DNA of 64,000 nt from Candidatus Dadabacteria bacterium (GTDB lineage: Bacteria; Desulfobacterota_D; UBA1144; Nemesobacterales; CSP1-2): assembly GCA_963805855.1 (NCBI GenBank), contig CAWDVW010000005.1:512001-576000 (forward strand), in the 5' to 3' direction. The translations under genes were made by a program, and so were the position numbers. Shown here piece after piece: positions 49,767 through 59,695 of this stretch. The notes under the pieces are model-generated. The model had not been told where the DNA came from and searched no databases. It worked only from the letters and a program-made list of their open reading frames with translations. How positions within the stretch are numbered: position 1 is the stretch's first letter; each line of letters starts with the position of its first letter.

Positions 49767-51257
49767 TCACCCGATCATTTCTTTAACCTTATTTTTTGCG
49801 ACATCTCTATCATCAAACGGATTTTTCTTTTTCCCGACAATCTGGTAGTTCTCGTGTCCCTTCCCCGCTATAAGCACACTATCGCCTTCAGATGCAATTT
49901 CAATTGCTTTCTCTATTGCACTACGCCTATCAATCATCCTGAGATATGTTTTCTCGCTGAATCCTCCTTCAAACACGCCAATTTCAATATCTTCTATTAT
50001 CTTCTCCGGGGATTCTGTTCGAGGATTATCGGATGTCACAACTAGTATATCTGAAAGCTCTCTACCAATCCGCCCCATTATCGGTCTCTTCACGGGATCC
50101 CTGTCACCGCCACAGCCAAATACGAGTATTAGTTTACCTCTTGTTAGGGGTCTTACGACTTGGAGAACGTTCTTCAGGGCATCTGGCGTGTGCGCGTAAT
50201 CTACAAGTATAGTAATTCCAAGCTTGTTATCCACCTTTTCTAGCCTACCTGGAATCGATGATACGCTTGAAACCCCCTTCTCGATCGAATCTGAAGGCAC
50301 TCCTAGAGAAAGAGCGCTGGCCGTTGCAGCAAGGATATTATAAAGATTATGCCTCCCTAGAAGATTGGATTTGACATCAATCTTTCCCCAGGGCGTTCTC
50401 ACGTGTGACACGATACCCTCATTTGTCAATTTTATTTCATCCGCAAAAACGGTTGCATGTCTGTCTTCAATTGAATACGAAATGATTCTACCCGCTGACT
50501 CTTCGATGAGCTTCCTCCCATATGGATCGTCGACATTAATAACAGAGCTAATAGGGCTCTTACCACTTCTTTTAAGTACTTCGGTAAATAAACTCTTCTT
50601 AATCATAAAGTAATTATCTAATGTCTTATGATAATCAAGATGATCCTGAGATAGATTAGTGAACACGGCTGCATCGAATTGGCAACCTAAAACCCTTTTC
50701 TTGTCCAACGCATGCGATGATACTTCCATCACGACATACTCAACGCCTGATTTTCGCATATCTCTTAACAACGCCATCAGGTCGATGGATTCTGGAGTAG
50801 TCATATTGGATGTAATCTTTCTCCCTTGGTATCTGTATTCAACTGTCCCGATTACACCTACGTTCTTCTTGTTCTGATGTAAAATTGATTCAAGGAGATA
50901 TGTCGTAGTCGTCTTTCCGTTCGTACCGGTAATTCCTACGAGTTTAAGTTCCTTTGTAGGATCATTATAAAAGTTTGAGGATATTTGAGCGAGTGAAGAT
51001 CTAGAATCTTCAACCAGAATTACAGAAACATCCCTGAAATCAATCCCGTCTATAGTTTCAACCAGAAGCGCCCTTGCCCCTCTATCGACGGCCTGTCCTA
51101 TAAATGTGTGGCCATCGGTAGTGTCACCTTTGATAGCCGCGAACAAGTAACCTTCATTCACCTGATTGGAATCATGCGTAATCCCTACAATTCTTACATT
51201 TTCGGAGCCGAGTAACCTTTTAATTTTCACCCCTACGGTTAGCTCATTCAAAATCAT
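49767..51257 (-). CDS. murE: UDP-MurNAc-dipeptide-meso-DAP ligase
   Basis: GTNGKTTT, MEVSSH, DYAHTPD, DNPR (DAP specificity) and AGKGHE motifs. Confidence 0.97.
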   Translation of the reverse strand: MILNELTVGVKIKRLLGSENVRIVGITHDSNQVNEGYLFAAIKGDTTDGHTFIGQAVDRGARALLVETIDGIDFRDVSVILVEDSRSSLAQISSNFYNDPTKELKLVGITGTNGKTTTTYLLESILHQNKKNVGVIGTVEYRYQGRKITSNMTTPESIDLMALLRDMRKSGVEYVVMEVSSHALDKKRVLGCQFDAAVFTNLSQDHLDYHKTLDNYFMIKKSLFTEVLKRSGKSPISSVINVDDPYGRKLIEESAGRIISYSIEDRHATVFADEIKLTNEGIVSHVRTPWGKIDVKSNLLGRHNLYNILAATASALSLGVPSDSIEKGVSSVSSIPGRLEKVDNKLGITILVDYAHTPDALKNVLQVVRPLTRGKLILVFGCGGDRDPVKRPIMGRIGRELSDILVVTSDNPRTESPEKIIEDIEIGVFEGGFSEKTYLRMIDRRSAIEKAIEIASEGDSVLIAGKGHENYQIVGKKKNPFDDRDVAKNKVKEMIG

Positions 51258-53164
51258 ATCGCCTGCTTTAACTCTACCATGCAAACCGTGCCTTCTTTAA
51301 TCGTTTCTCCTGCTTTAGGTTTTTGAGATGTAGCATAACCAGTTCCCTTAATCCTAACTTCTACCCCTTCATTCTCAGACCACATCAGAATTTCCCTCAC
51401 ACTCTTTCCTTGCAGATCTGGCATGACCTTTGCTCCTACGTACTCAGTTCTCGGAGGGACGCCGAGATAGAAGAGAACCTTTTCAACGATACCCTTGAAA
51501 ATGGGCGCAGCCACCGTTCCGCCATAAGAACCATTTTTAGGATTTTCTACGACGACAACAAGGGTAACCTTTGGATCATCACTCGGACCAAATCCTACAA
51601 AAGAAGACATATAACGATTTCCATAGTAGCCGCCAGTGTTGGGATTTGGTACCTGAGCGGTACCCGTCTTGCCAGCCACCTTATATCCTGACATTGCAGC
51701 CCTTTTACCTGTGCCAGATTCCACAACCTTCTCCATCATTTCAGTAATGTTTTTTGCCGTATCATAGGAAATTGCCCTACCCACCACATCTGGTTTATTT
51801 TTCGTAACCTCTTTGCCATCAGGATTGATTATCTGTTCAACGATATATGGCTTAACTAGATATCCGCCGTTTGCAATTGCGGAAAGAGCTGTCGCAATCT
51901 GGATTGCAGTTACAGCGATCCCTTGACCAAATGAAATTGTGGCAAGTTCCACCGGGCCCCACCTGCTTGACTTTGCCATCATTCCGCTAGATTCGCCCGA
52001 AAGATCTATTCCAGTCTGCCTTCCAAAACCGAAACTGCTAAGACGATCGTAGAGCTTGTCTCGTCCCAAGGTTTCCCCTATCTTCGAGGCGCAAATATTG
52101 CTGGATTTCTCTAATATTTGAGCCACGGTAAGTACACCATAGGGGTGTACGTCTCGTATGATAGCTGGTCCAACCTTTCTCCTTCCGTTCTCGCAGTCAA
52201 ACCTAGTGTCCGGATTTACCTTGTTCTCCTCCATGGCAGAAGCTAATATAAAAACCTTCATGGTGGAACCAGGCTCAAATGAAAACCAGATAGGTAAGTT
52301 TCTCCTCATCTCAGATTTAAAATCCTTGTAATAGTTTGGGTCGAAAAACGGATAAGAAGCCATTGCCAGGATTGCGCCTGTCTCCGAATTCATTAGCAAT
52401 GCCATTCCTCGATCCGCCTTCGCGTTCTCTACGCCATCTTTCAGCTCTTTTTCGACGATATGCTGAATTTGGGAATCTATGGTGAGTACCAGATCGTAAC
52501 CAGAGATACTAGGCTCAAGAAAGTATGGAGTGCTCATTATCTTTCTTCCCCTGGCGTCCTTCTTCACGTTTATCTTCCCTGGTTTTCCTGTTAGTAGCTC
52601 ATCATATTTGAACTCTATCCCCTCTATTCCCTTTGAATCAATGTTAGTGAATCCTAAAATCTGCCCTGCAAGAGTTCCGTTTGGGTACACCCTCTTTGGC
52701 TCTTCAATAAATCCCAATTCCTTAAAATCGTCACTCTTGATTTTTGCTATTATATCCGGATCGACTAGCCTTTTTATCCAAACAAACGACTTCTTCGTAT
52801 TAATTTTATCAAGTATAGCTTTTTGTGGAAGTTTTAGATATTCCGACAATTTTTTTGAAAACCCCTCAGGGTCTTTTACGTCCTTTGCATTAACATATAT
52901 AGATTGAGTCTCAATATTTATTGCAAGCTCCTTTTTATTTATATCATACATCCTCCCCCTTTTTGGAAGCAGCGTATAACTCTTTTGGTGCTGTCTTTTT
53001 GCTAGGTTGACCGCCCTCTCACGATTCAAAATTTGAAGGTCTAAGGCCTTTACAGAAACAACCGCGAAAAGAAATAGAATTAAAATACCAATAATCGATA
53101 TTTTCCATGTAGGTTTTGTTAAATCTTTTCCTAGCGAGATTCTCTTAGAATTTTTTTTTCTCAT
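51254..53164 (-). CDS. ftsI: Class B PBP FtsI/PBP3 with C-terminal PASTA domain
   Basis: EPGSTMK (SxxK), SSN and KTGT motifs; PASTA-like MPDLQGKS tail. Confidence 0.95.
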   Translation of the reverse strand: MRKKNSKRISLGKDLTKPTWKISIIGILILFLFAVVSVKALDLQILNRERAVNLAKRQHQKSYTLLPKRGRMYDINKKELAINIETQSIYVNAKDVKDPEGFSKKLSEYLKLPQKAILDKINTKKSFVWIKRLVDPDIIAKIKSDDFKELGFIEEPKRVYPNGTLAGQILGFTNIDSKGIEGIEFKYDELLTGKPGKINVKKDARGRKIMSTPYFLEPSISGYDLVLTIDSQIQHIVEKELKDGVENAKADRGMALLMNSETGAILAMASYPFFDPNYYKDFKSEMRRNLPIWFSFEPGSTMKVFILASAMEENKVNPDTRFDCENGRRKVGPAIIRDVHPYGVLTVAQILEKSSNICASKIGETLGRDKLYDRLSSFGFGRQTGIDLSGESSGMMAKSSRWGPVELATISFGQGIAVTAIQIATALSAIANGGYLVKPYIVEQIINPDGKEVTKNKPDVVGRAISYDTAKNITEMMEKVVESGTGKRAAMSGYKVAGKTGTAQVPNPNTGGYYGNRYMSSFVGFGPSDDPKVTLVVVVENPKNGSYGGTVAAPIFKGIVEKVLFYLGVPPRTEYVGAKVMPDLQGKSVREILMWSENEGVEVRIKGTGYATSQKPKAGETIKEGTVCMVELKQAI

Positions 53165-53490
53165 TACCTCTTTTCCCCGACTACCGTGGCATGCTCTATA
53201 TAGAATACATCGTCCTGAGTAGGATATTTAAATCCTTGCTCACGAGCTAAATCCTCAATCCTTTGGGGTGATCTCAATTTCATGTACTCCGCCTCAAGAA
53301 AGCTCTTTTCATCTGTGATCTCGTCTTCTGTTTTCTTGTTGACTGATATCTCGTATCCCAATTTTGTTCCCTCAAGGCTGATCCGTAGATATCCCAGAAA
53401 TAGCATGATTGTAAAAACAACAAAGACCACGAACTTTGTGGAGAAAATGAACTTCTCTAATTTTGATTTTCCTCTTCTCGTTTTTGTCAT
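53164..53490 (-). CDS. ftsL: Cell division protein FtsL
   Basis: TM segment plus coiled coil (LRSPQRIEDLARE); lies between rsmH and ftsI. Confidence 0.8.
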   Translation of the reverse strand: MTKTRRGKSKLEKFIFSTKFVVFVVFTIMLFLGYLRISLEGTKLGYEISVNKKTEDEITDEKSFLEAEYMKLRSPQRIEDLAREQGFKYPTQDDVFYIEHATVVGEKR

Positions 53491-53492
53491 GA

Positions 53493-54452
53493 TTAAATAC
53501 CCTCTCCTACTCTCATTTTTGCGCTGCGTGCCCTTGGATTTCTGACTAATTCCTCAGTGGTTGGTATTAAAGGAGAATAAGTCAATACTTTCATGCAGGC
53601 CCTTTTTCCGCATCCACACCTGGGCAATCCAGGCGGACAGATACAAGGGTTGGACAACCTCTTAAAAGTTTTCTTCACAATCCTATCCTCAAGCGAGTGA
53701 AATGAAATGACTACGATTCGAGCCCCGACATTAAGAAGCTTGACAGCCTTTTCCAGGAAAATGCTCAGATTTTCCAATTCATTATTCACCACTATCCTGA
53801 GCGCTTGGAATGTTTTTGTTGCGGGGTGAATTCTAGCGGGGTGAAACTTTTTGGGGATAGAGTCCGACACAATTCTTGCAAGTTGATCAGAGGTACGAAT
53901 TGGATTTACGCGGCGAGATTTGACTATCTCTCTGGCTATCTTCTTTGCCCACTTTTCTTCACCATAAACCCTTATGATCTTAGAGATCTCTTCTGTATCC
54001 AATTCATTAACCAGGTTATATGCAGTGAACCTAAGTCCAGGATCCATTCTCATGTCAAGGGGTTCATCCCTTAGAAAACTTAATCCCCTTCCACCCAACT
54101 CGATCTGATAAGAAGAAATCCCCAAATCAGCGATAATTCCATCAACTTCACTAATCCCCAGAGCTTCAAGTTCCCTGTCCACATGGATGAAGTTTTTATT
54201 TACAAATATCACCTGGCTGCCGAATCTTGAAAGGCGATTCTTCGCATACGACAGAGACTCCGCGTCTGTATCGAATCCGATGACTTTGGCACTACTCTCG
54301 GAATGCTCTAAAATCTTCTCGGTATGACCACCGAGGCCCAATGTCGCATCTACATAAATGCGATTGGCACTGGGGGTTAGGAAATTAATCACCTCTTGAG
54401 ACATCACCGACTTGTGAAACAAATTCTCCCTTTCCAACAGGGCGTTCTCCAT
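53493..54452 (-). CDS. rsmH: 16S rRNA m4C1402 methyltransferase
   Basis: DATLGLGGH, PLDMRMD, HPATKTFQALRI, SFHSLEDR and NPRARSAKMR motifs. Confidence 0.98.
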   Translation of the reverse strand: MENALLERENLFHKSVMSQEVINFLTPSANRIYVDATLGLGGHTEKILEHSESSAKVIGFDTDAESLSYAKNRLSRFGSQVIFVNKNFIHVDRELEALGISEVDGIIADLGISSYQIELGGRGLSFLRDEPLDMRMDPGLRFTAYNLVNELDTEEISKIIRVYGEEKWAKKIAREIVKSRRVNPIRTSDQLARIVSDSIPKKFHPARIHPATKTFQALRIVVNNELENLSIFLEKAVKLLNVGARIVVISFHSLEDRIVKKTFKRLSNPCICPPGLPRCGCGKRACMKVLTYSPLIPTTEELVRNPRARSAKMRVGEGI

Positions 54453-54455
54453 TTT

Positions 54456-54902
54456 TTATAGTCCCTCCGCTGCTAGAATCTCTCTGCTTCTCTTAAATTC
54501 ATCATACGCCTTTATAGACTCGTCTTCCTCCCACACTTCCTTGGCCCAAATTTCAAACTTGGTCAGCATACCAATCATTACGACCTCCCGGCTAATACGA
54601 GCATGGATTCTAAGGGATTGTGGTATTAGTATCCTTCCCTGGCCATCGACGGGGCAATCCGTGGCGCCTCCCATCAGATACCTGAGAAACGATATTACCT
54701 CCTGTCTAAACTGGGGAAGCTCGGATACCTTCCGTTCAAGCTCATTCCACTCCCTCAGGGGATACGCGACTAAGCACTTATCGAAATTCGTAATTATAAG
54801 GGTTTCGCCGTTATACTTCTCCCTCACGACCTCCCTGAACTTTGAAGGCACGCTGACCCTCCCCTTGTCGGTTACTGAATGCTCAAATCTTCCACGAAAC
54901 AT
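54456..54902 (-). CDS. mraZ: Transcriptional regulator MraZ
   Basis: DKGRVSVP, DGQGRILIP and FEIW motifs. Confidence 0.97.
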   Translation of the reverse strand: MFRGRFEHSVTDKGRVSVPSKFREVVREKYNGETLIITNFDKCLVAYPLREWNELERKVSELPQFRQEVISFLRYLMGGATDCPVDGQGRILIPQSLRIHARISREVVMIGMLTKFEIWAKEVWEEDESIKAYDEFKRSREILAAEGL

Positions 54903-54915
54903 GATAGGTCTTTAT

Positions 54916-54990
54916 GCCACTTTATACCATTTAATGACCACTTTGGTACCAATACAATGCCACTATATAAAAAACTATGAGCTTTGTCAA
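54916..54990 (-). promoter_or_regulatory. dcw promoter with MraZ-binding direct repeats
   Basis: Minus strand: TTGACA-17 nt-TATAGT, followed by five (G/T/A)TGG boxes spaced about 10-12 nt apart before the mraZ ATG. Confidence 0.8.
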
Positions 54991-55209
54991 GTAACTTCTT
55001 GAGATATTTGAAAATTTTTTTATAATTATTAGTGGTTTTTTTATGATCTCCGGCAGGTAGGAAACACTATAAATATACATATTTTATATTAAGTGTTATC
55101 TATAATATACTAACATTATTATATATTGCGTCAATATATTAAGAGAATTCACATTGGGAAAACAATGGTTGGGACAATTACTGCGCTCTGGTATACTTTC
55201 CGATAAAAT

Positions 55210-55419
55210 ATGCCAAATATCTTTATAAAGCTGAAAAATCCAAGCCAGACGGTTTATTTTCAATCAATCATAGGCACATACACTCATATTGCGTGGACCC
55301 GAACAGAAAATGCTGACGAGGCAATAATTAAGGTCTCCGCAACAGAGGATACTTTATCGGAAGCAAGACGCATACTCCGAGAATTGAAGTCTGAAATAGA
55401 TTTTGAAGAGATTGAGTAA
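55210..55419 (+). CDS. Small DUF4911-like protein
   Basis: 69 aa with a YFQSIIGTY..IAWTRT pattern. Confidence 0.6.
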   Translation: MPNIFIKLKNPSQTVYFQSIIGTYTHIAWTRTENADEAIIKVSATEDTLSEARRILRELKSEIDFEEIE

Positions 55420-55436
55420 CCCTGTAGCAAGAAACC

Positions 55437-55660
55437 TATAGGGACAGGAATGTCCCGACTATCCGCAATAAATACCGTCACAAACAATGATAGGCGGGGA
55501 CAGGCTCTGGATTCCCGCCAACAATCCGGGGAACGACAGAAAGGATAGGCGGGGTTTTCCAACCCCGCATGGAGACCTTTTTTGTCATCCCCGAGGACTT
55601 TAATCGGGGATCCAGGAACAAAGACATGGATTCCCGCTAACAATCCGCGGGAATGACATC
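55437..55660. repeat. Composite cluster of REP-like palindromes (families B and C)
   Basis: gggacaggaatgtccc; ataggcggggttttccaaccccgc; gtcatccccgaggactttaatcggggatcca...tggattcccgctaacaatccgcgggaatgac; a second ggattcccgccaacaatccggggaacgac. Confidence 0.85.
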
Positions 55661-55719
55661 AAAGGACAGCAGACTTGTCCTGGTCGCATGGATAAAACTA
55701 ATTAAATTTCCACCCTATC

Positions 55720-56658
55720 CTACAGCGATAATTGCCCCTTGATTTTCTCTTCATCTACAAGTTGCAAAAACCCCTCTAGCCCTGACTCAACCCCTCTCCT
55801 TATACCAGGAAATGATTCGGATCTTTCAAGAAACGTTTTTAAGTCCTTATCTCTTTTTGAAATAAAATCTAACATCTCCTCTCTATCTTCGATCCCCTTA
55901 ACTACGATATTGTTAATCTCCCTATACCATATCATTAATTGACTCTGATACTTCCGAAGTAATTGCGACCCATTTTTAGAAACATCAAAATGAGTAAATG
56001 CGATCAATTTGGGGTTGAGTGAAATCATGGTTTCAATGGATTTCATAGCGAGTTCGAGTTTGAATGGAGGCGGAGATATCGGAAGGAGAACATCAAGGCT
56101 CGGGATGTATATACCCGCAGCGTCACCGGAGAATATAACTCCCTCTTTCTCAAGAAATACACACACGTGGTGACTTGCATGTCCTGGCGTCGGAACAATC
56201 TGGAACGAGATCTTGCCAAGGTCAAAGTCCATCCTATTTTCCACCGGGACAATTCTACCTTCAGGAACTGATTCGGGTTTCCCATATATGTCTGCCACAA
56301 AGCCTAGAACCTTTTTAGATGCGTTCCAAAGGACACTTTCAGGATCAATAAGATGCTCTTTTCCCCTCTTATGGACTATGACGCTTGCATTTGGAAAATG
56401 CCTTATTAAATTCCCCAGGGCACCAGCGTGGTCAAGATGTATGTGTGTAAGGAAAATAAATCTTACGTCCTCGCATGCGAGTTCAATATCTTCTAAGGCG
56501 CTGAGTATTTTTTCATGTGTAGACGCCGGACCTACTTCAATTAAGGCGACTCCCTTCCCCGATTTTACCACGTAAGCACCGGTATACTCGCGCTCCCCGT
56601 CTACCTTGAGGTCGATGAACCAAAGACCGGGTAATTCCTCTTTTATCGAATATAACAT
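55720..56658 (-). CDS. MBL-fold metallo-hydrolase
   Basis: THIHLDHAG, TPGHASHH and FSGDAAG motifs. Confidence 0.9.
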   Translation of the reverse strand: MLYSIKEELPGLWFIDLKVDGEREYTGAYVVKSGKGVALIEVGPASTHEKILSALEDIELACEDVRFIFLTHIHLDHAGALGNLIRHFPNASVIVHKRGKEHLIDPESVLWNASKKVLGFVADIYGKPESVPEGRIVPVENRMDFDLGKISFQIVPTPGHASHHVCVFLEKEGVIFSGDAAGIYIPSLDVLLPISPPPFKLELAMKSIETMISLNPKLIAFTHFDVSKNGSQLLRKYQSQLMIWYREINNIVVKGIEDREEMLDFISKRDKDLKTFLERSESFPGIRRGVESGLEGFLQLVDEEKIKGQLSL

Positions 56659-56766
56659 TGACTCAAACCGTAATTTATGGAGCCCTAGAATGTTAACACA
56701 GCATGGTATTTAATAAACACATTCTCTTGATTGTTTTCATCCATCTAATATAAACTACAGCCCTAA

Positions 56767-58338
56767 GTGAATCACAAGCACGAGATCACACGCTCAGCCG
56801 GATTGGTAGGATCCCTTACATTTTTGAGTCGCATCATGGGATTGGTAAGGGATATGGTAATCACCTATTTCTTCGGGGCAGAAGCCCAGACAGACGCCTT
56901 TTATGTTGCCTTTAGGATACCAAATCTTCTCAGAAGGCTTTTTGCAGAGGGCTCTTTAACTATCTCATTCATACCAGTCTTCACGAGTTATCTTGAAACC
57001 AAGTCAAGGGAAGAGACAAAGAGTATCTCAGATATAACCTTCACGTTGCTCTTCATTGTTCTAGCCCTTGTGTCAATAGTTGGAATAATTCTATCTCCTC
57101 TCTTAATTAAGCTTTTTGCCTCAGGGTTTAAAGGTGAAACATTTCACCTCGCAGTCACTCTGAACCGCATAATGTTCCCATACATTTTTCTTATTTCCCT
57201 CTCCGCACTCTCAATGGGAATATTAAACTCCCTCAGGCATTTCTTTGCACCGGCATTTTCACCGGTGATCTTCAATGTATTTATTGTGATGACAGTCATC
57301 CTTATCCACACAAGCCTCAACATCCCTATTACGTCTCTTGCAATAGGAGTGATCATTGGTGGAGTGATTCAACTCGTGTTCCAACTCCCATTCCTAAAGC
57401 AGAAAGATTTTCTTTTCAAATTTAGAAAAAACTTTCGGCACCCGGCTGTAAAAAAGATCGGGTTACTAATGGTGCCCCAGCTCTTCGGTCTCGCCGTGTA
57501 TAACCTTAACATAATCGTAAACACCCAGTACGCATCCTACATGCCGGAGGGGACAGTCTCTTATCTTTATCTTTCAGAAAGACTGATCGAATTTCCCCTT
57601 GGCATAGTTGCGGTATCGATCGCCACGGTCTTGCTCCCCAGCCTTTCCTCCCACATATCAAAAGGAGAGACAGAACTCTTTAAGGAAAATTACTCCTACG
57701 CCCTACGACTCATGCTCTTTGTAATGGTTCCGGCCCTGGTGGGACTGATCGTCCTCAGAATTCCTATTTGCAACCTCTTATATCAGCGGGGCGAGTTCAC
57801 CTATCTGTCTACTATAAACACCTCCCAGGCCCTTTTTGGATATGCCGTAGGAATTTGGGCCGTAGGAGGGATTCGGATTACTGCCCCGGCGTTCTATTCT
57901 ATGCAGGACACGAAGACCCCTGTCATAATAGCGTTTTTAGCGTTTATTATTAACGCCATCTTAGGTTATCTGCTCGGATTTACATTTGGATTGAAACATA
58001 CCGGACTGGCGCTGGCAAGTTCGATATCATCAATGTTTAATTTCGTCGTTCTCTTCATAATCCTCAATAAGCGGGTCGGTAAAATAGATATAAATGAAAC
58101 CCTTATCCTTTGCATTAAGATTGCAACAGCATCTATGTTAATGGGGCTGCTTGCATGGGAAATAGCTAAGCGCTGGAATTGGACAGGTAGCGAAACCTCA
58201 ATCGAAAAGATCCTATTCCTGATAATCTCCTTATTAGCCTCATCGGCGGCTTATCTTATTATATCAAAACTCTTAAAGATAGACGAGGTTGACCAGCTAA
58301 TAGGCCTTTTAAGGAGGAAACCTGTAATCAAATCATAA
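56767..58338 (+). CDS. murJ: Lipid II flippase MurJ
   Basis: SRIMGLVRD, AFRIPNLLRRLFAEG and RLIEFPLG motifs. Confidence 0.96.
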   Translation: MNHKHEITRSAGLVGSLTFLSRIMGLVRDMVITYFFGAEAQTDAFYVAFRIPNLLRRLFAEGSLTISFIPVFTSYLETKSREETKSISDITFTLLFIVLALVSIVGIILSPLLIKLFASGFKGETFHLAVTLNRIMFPYIFLISLSALSMGILNSLRHFFAPAFSPVIFNVFIVMTVILIHTSLNIPITSLAIGVIIGGVIQLVFQLPFLKQKDFLFKFRKNFRHPAVKKIGLLMVPQLFGLAVYNLNIIVNTQYASYMPEGTVSYLYLSERLIEFPLGIVAVSIATVLLPSLSSHISKGETELFKENYSYALRLMLFVMVPALVGLIVLRIPICNLLYQRGEFTYLSTINTSQALFGYAVGIWAVGGIRITAPAFYSMQDTKTPVIIAFLAFIINAILGYLLGFTFGLKHTGLALASSISSMFNFVVLFIILNKRVGKIDINETLILCIKIATASMLMGLLAWEIAKRWNWTGSETSIEKILFLIISLLASSAAYLIISKLLKIDEVDQLIGLLRRKPVIKS

Positions 58339-58395
58339 AGGGTACCTGGCATCGTTGTTTTGTTGTATTTTCTAGTAAGTTGCTAAAAATTAAAC

Positions 58396-58435
58396 TGTGC
58401 AATATTACACAATCCAAAGTGTGCAATTTTGAACA
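58396..58435. promoter_or_regulatory. Tandem bacterial enhancer-like sites (TGT-N10-ACA, two copies)
   Basis: TGTgcaatattacACA (58396-58411) and TGTgcaattttgaACA (58420-58435). Confidence 0.65.
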
Positions 58436-58519
58436 ATTTGAAACGGATTATTGAAGTTACGCGACTTTGTGATATTCTAATTCGGCAGAAATATTAATTC
58501 TTAAACGATAAATGTTAAT

Positions 58520-58535
58520 CGGCACAGGAATTGCA
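58520..58535 (+). promoter_or_regulatory. Sigma54 (-24/-12) promoter
   Basis: CGGCAC-AGGAA-TTGCA, 85 nt downstream of the enhancer-like sites. Confidence 0.7.
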
Positions 58536-58636
58536 ACCCTGTTTTCCTCAGGGCAGGAGTGGATGTATTAATCTAACATATGTACTACCAACTTATTAAT
58601 TGATATTAGTACGTCTAAAATAAATGGAGAATTGAA

Positions 58637-59578
58637 TTGAGAAAAAGAATTTTGGTCACAGGCGGCGCCGGGTTCATTGGCTCCCATCTCTGTGAACGAC
58701 TCCTGAACGAGGGAAACGAGGTACTTTGTGTTGATAATTTCTTCACTGGCACCAAGGATAACATCAATAACCTCACGAAGAACCAGTACTTCGAATTTAT
58801 AAGACACGATATATGCTTCCCATTATACGTCGAGGTTGATGAGATATACAACCTTGCCTGCCCAGCGTCACCTATTCACTATCAATTCGATCCGGTTCAA
58901 ACCACAAAGGCAAATGTATTGGGTGCAATAAACATGCTAGGGCTCGCAAAACGACTCAAGATAAGAATCTTTCAAGCCTCAACAAGCGAAGTATATGGTA
59001 ATCCCACTATTCATCCTCAGCCAGAAGCATATTGGGGTAATGTAAATACTACTGGCCCCAGGGCATGCTATGATGAGGGAAAGAGGTGCGCAGAGACGCT
59101 CTTTTTTGATTACTATCGCCAGCATAAATTAGATATCAAGGTTGCAAGAATATTTAATACCTACGGCCCGAGGATGCATCCAAACGACGGTCGGGTTGTA
59201 AGCAACTTCATACTACAGGCCCTCCGTGGGCATGACATAACTGTCTACGGAGATGGAGTGCAAACACGGTCATTCTGTTACATTGATGACATGATTGAGG
59301 GCATCTATCGATTCATGAGTTTTACAAACGGTTTTACAGGACCAGTAAATCTAGGAAATCCCTCTGAGGTCACAATCCTTGATCTTGCCAAATTAATTAT
59401 TGATCTCACAAGATCCAAATCCAAAATCGTCTTTAAACAATTGCCACAGGATGATCCAGAAAGGAGGATGCCCGATATCTCTTTGGCAAAGTCAAAACTG
59501 GGTTGGAAGCCTGAGGTACATTTAGAAACCGGCCTCATGAAAACAATAGAATATTTCGAGGAGATCATAAATAATTAA
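58637..59578 (+). CDS. UDP-glucuronate decarboxylase (UDP-xylose synthase) family SDR
   Basis: [47 protein letters not shown] and [10 protein letters not shown] motifs. Confidence 0.93.
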   Translation: MRKRILVTGGAGFIGSHLCERLLNEGNEVLCVDNFFTGTKDNINNLTKNQYFEFIRHDICFPLYVEVDEIYNLACPASPIHYQFDPVQTTKANVLGAINMLGLAKRLKIRIFQASTSEVYGNPTIHPQPEAYWGNVNTTGPRACYDEGKRCAETLFFDYYRQHKLDIKVARIFNTYGPRMHPNDGRVVSNFILQALRGHDITVYGDGVQTRSFCYIDDMIEGIYRFMSFTNGFTGPVNLGNPSEVTILDLAKLIIDLTRSKSKIVFKQLPQDDPERRMPDISLAKSKLGWKPEVHLETGLMKTIEYFEEIINN

Positions 59579-59695
59579 TCCTAAATATCAGATCCAAAAA
59601 TACACCGACATGAAAACCTTATACGTTGTTACCCCTAAAATAAAACCTTATCGGTTTGGCTCAACCTAAAATTAAATGTATGACTAAAGGGAGGA

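Noticed and set aside
55437-55660. CRISPR-like array
   Set aside because: Units are heterogeneous palindromes without constant repeats or regular spacers, and no cas genes are present.
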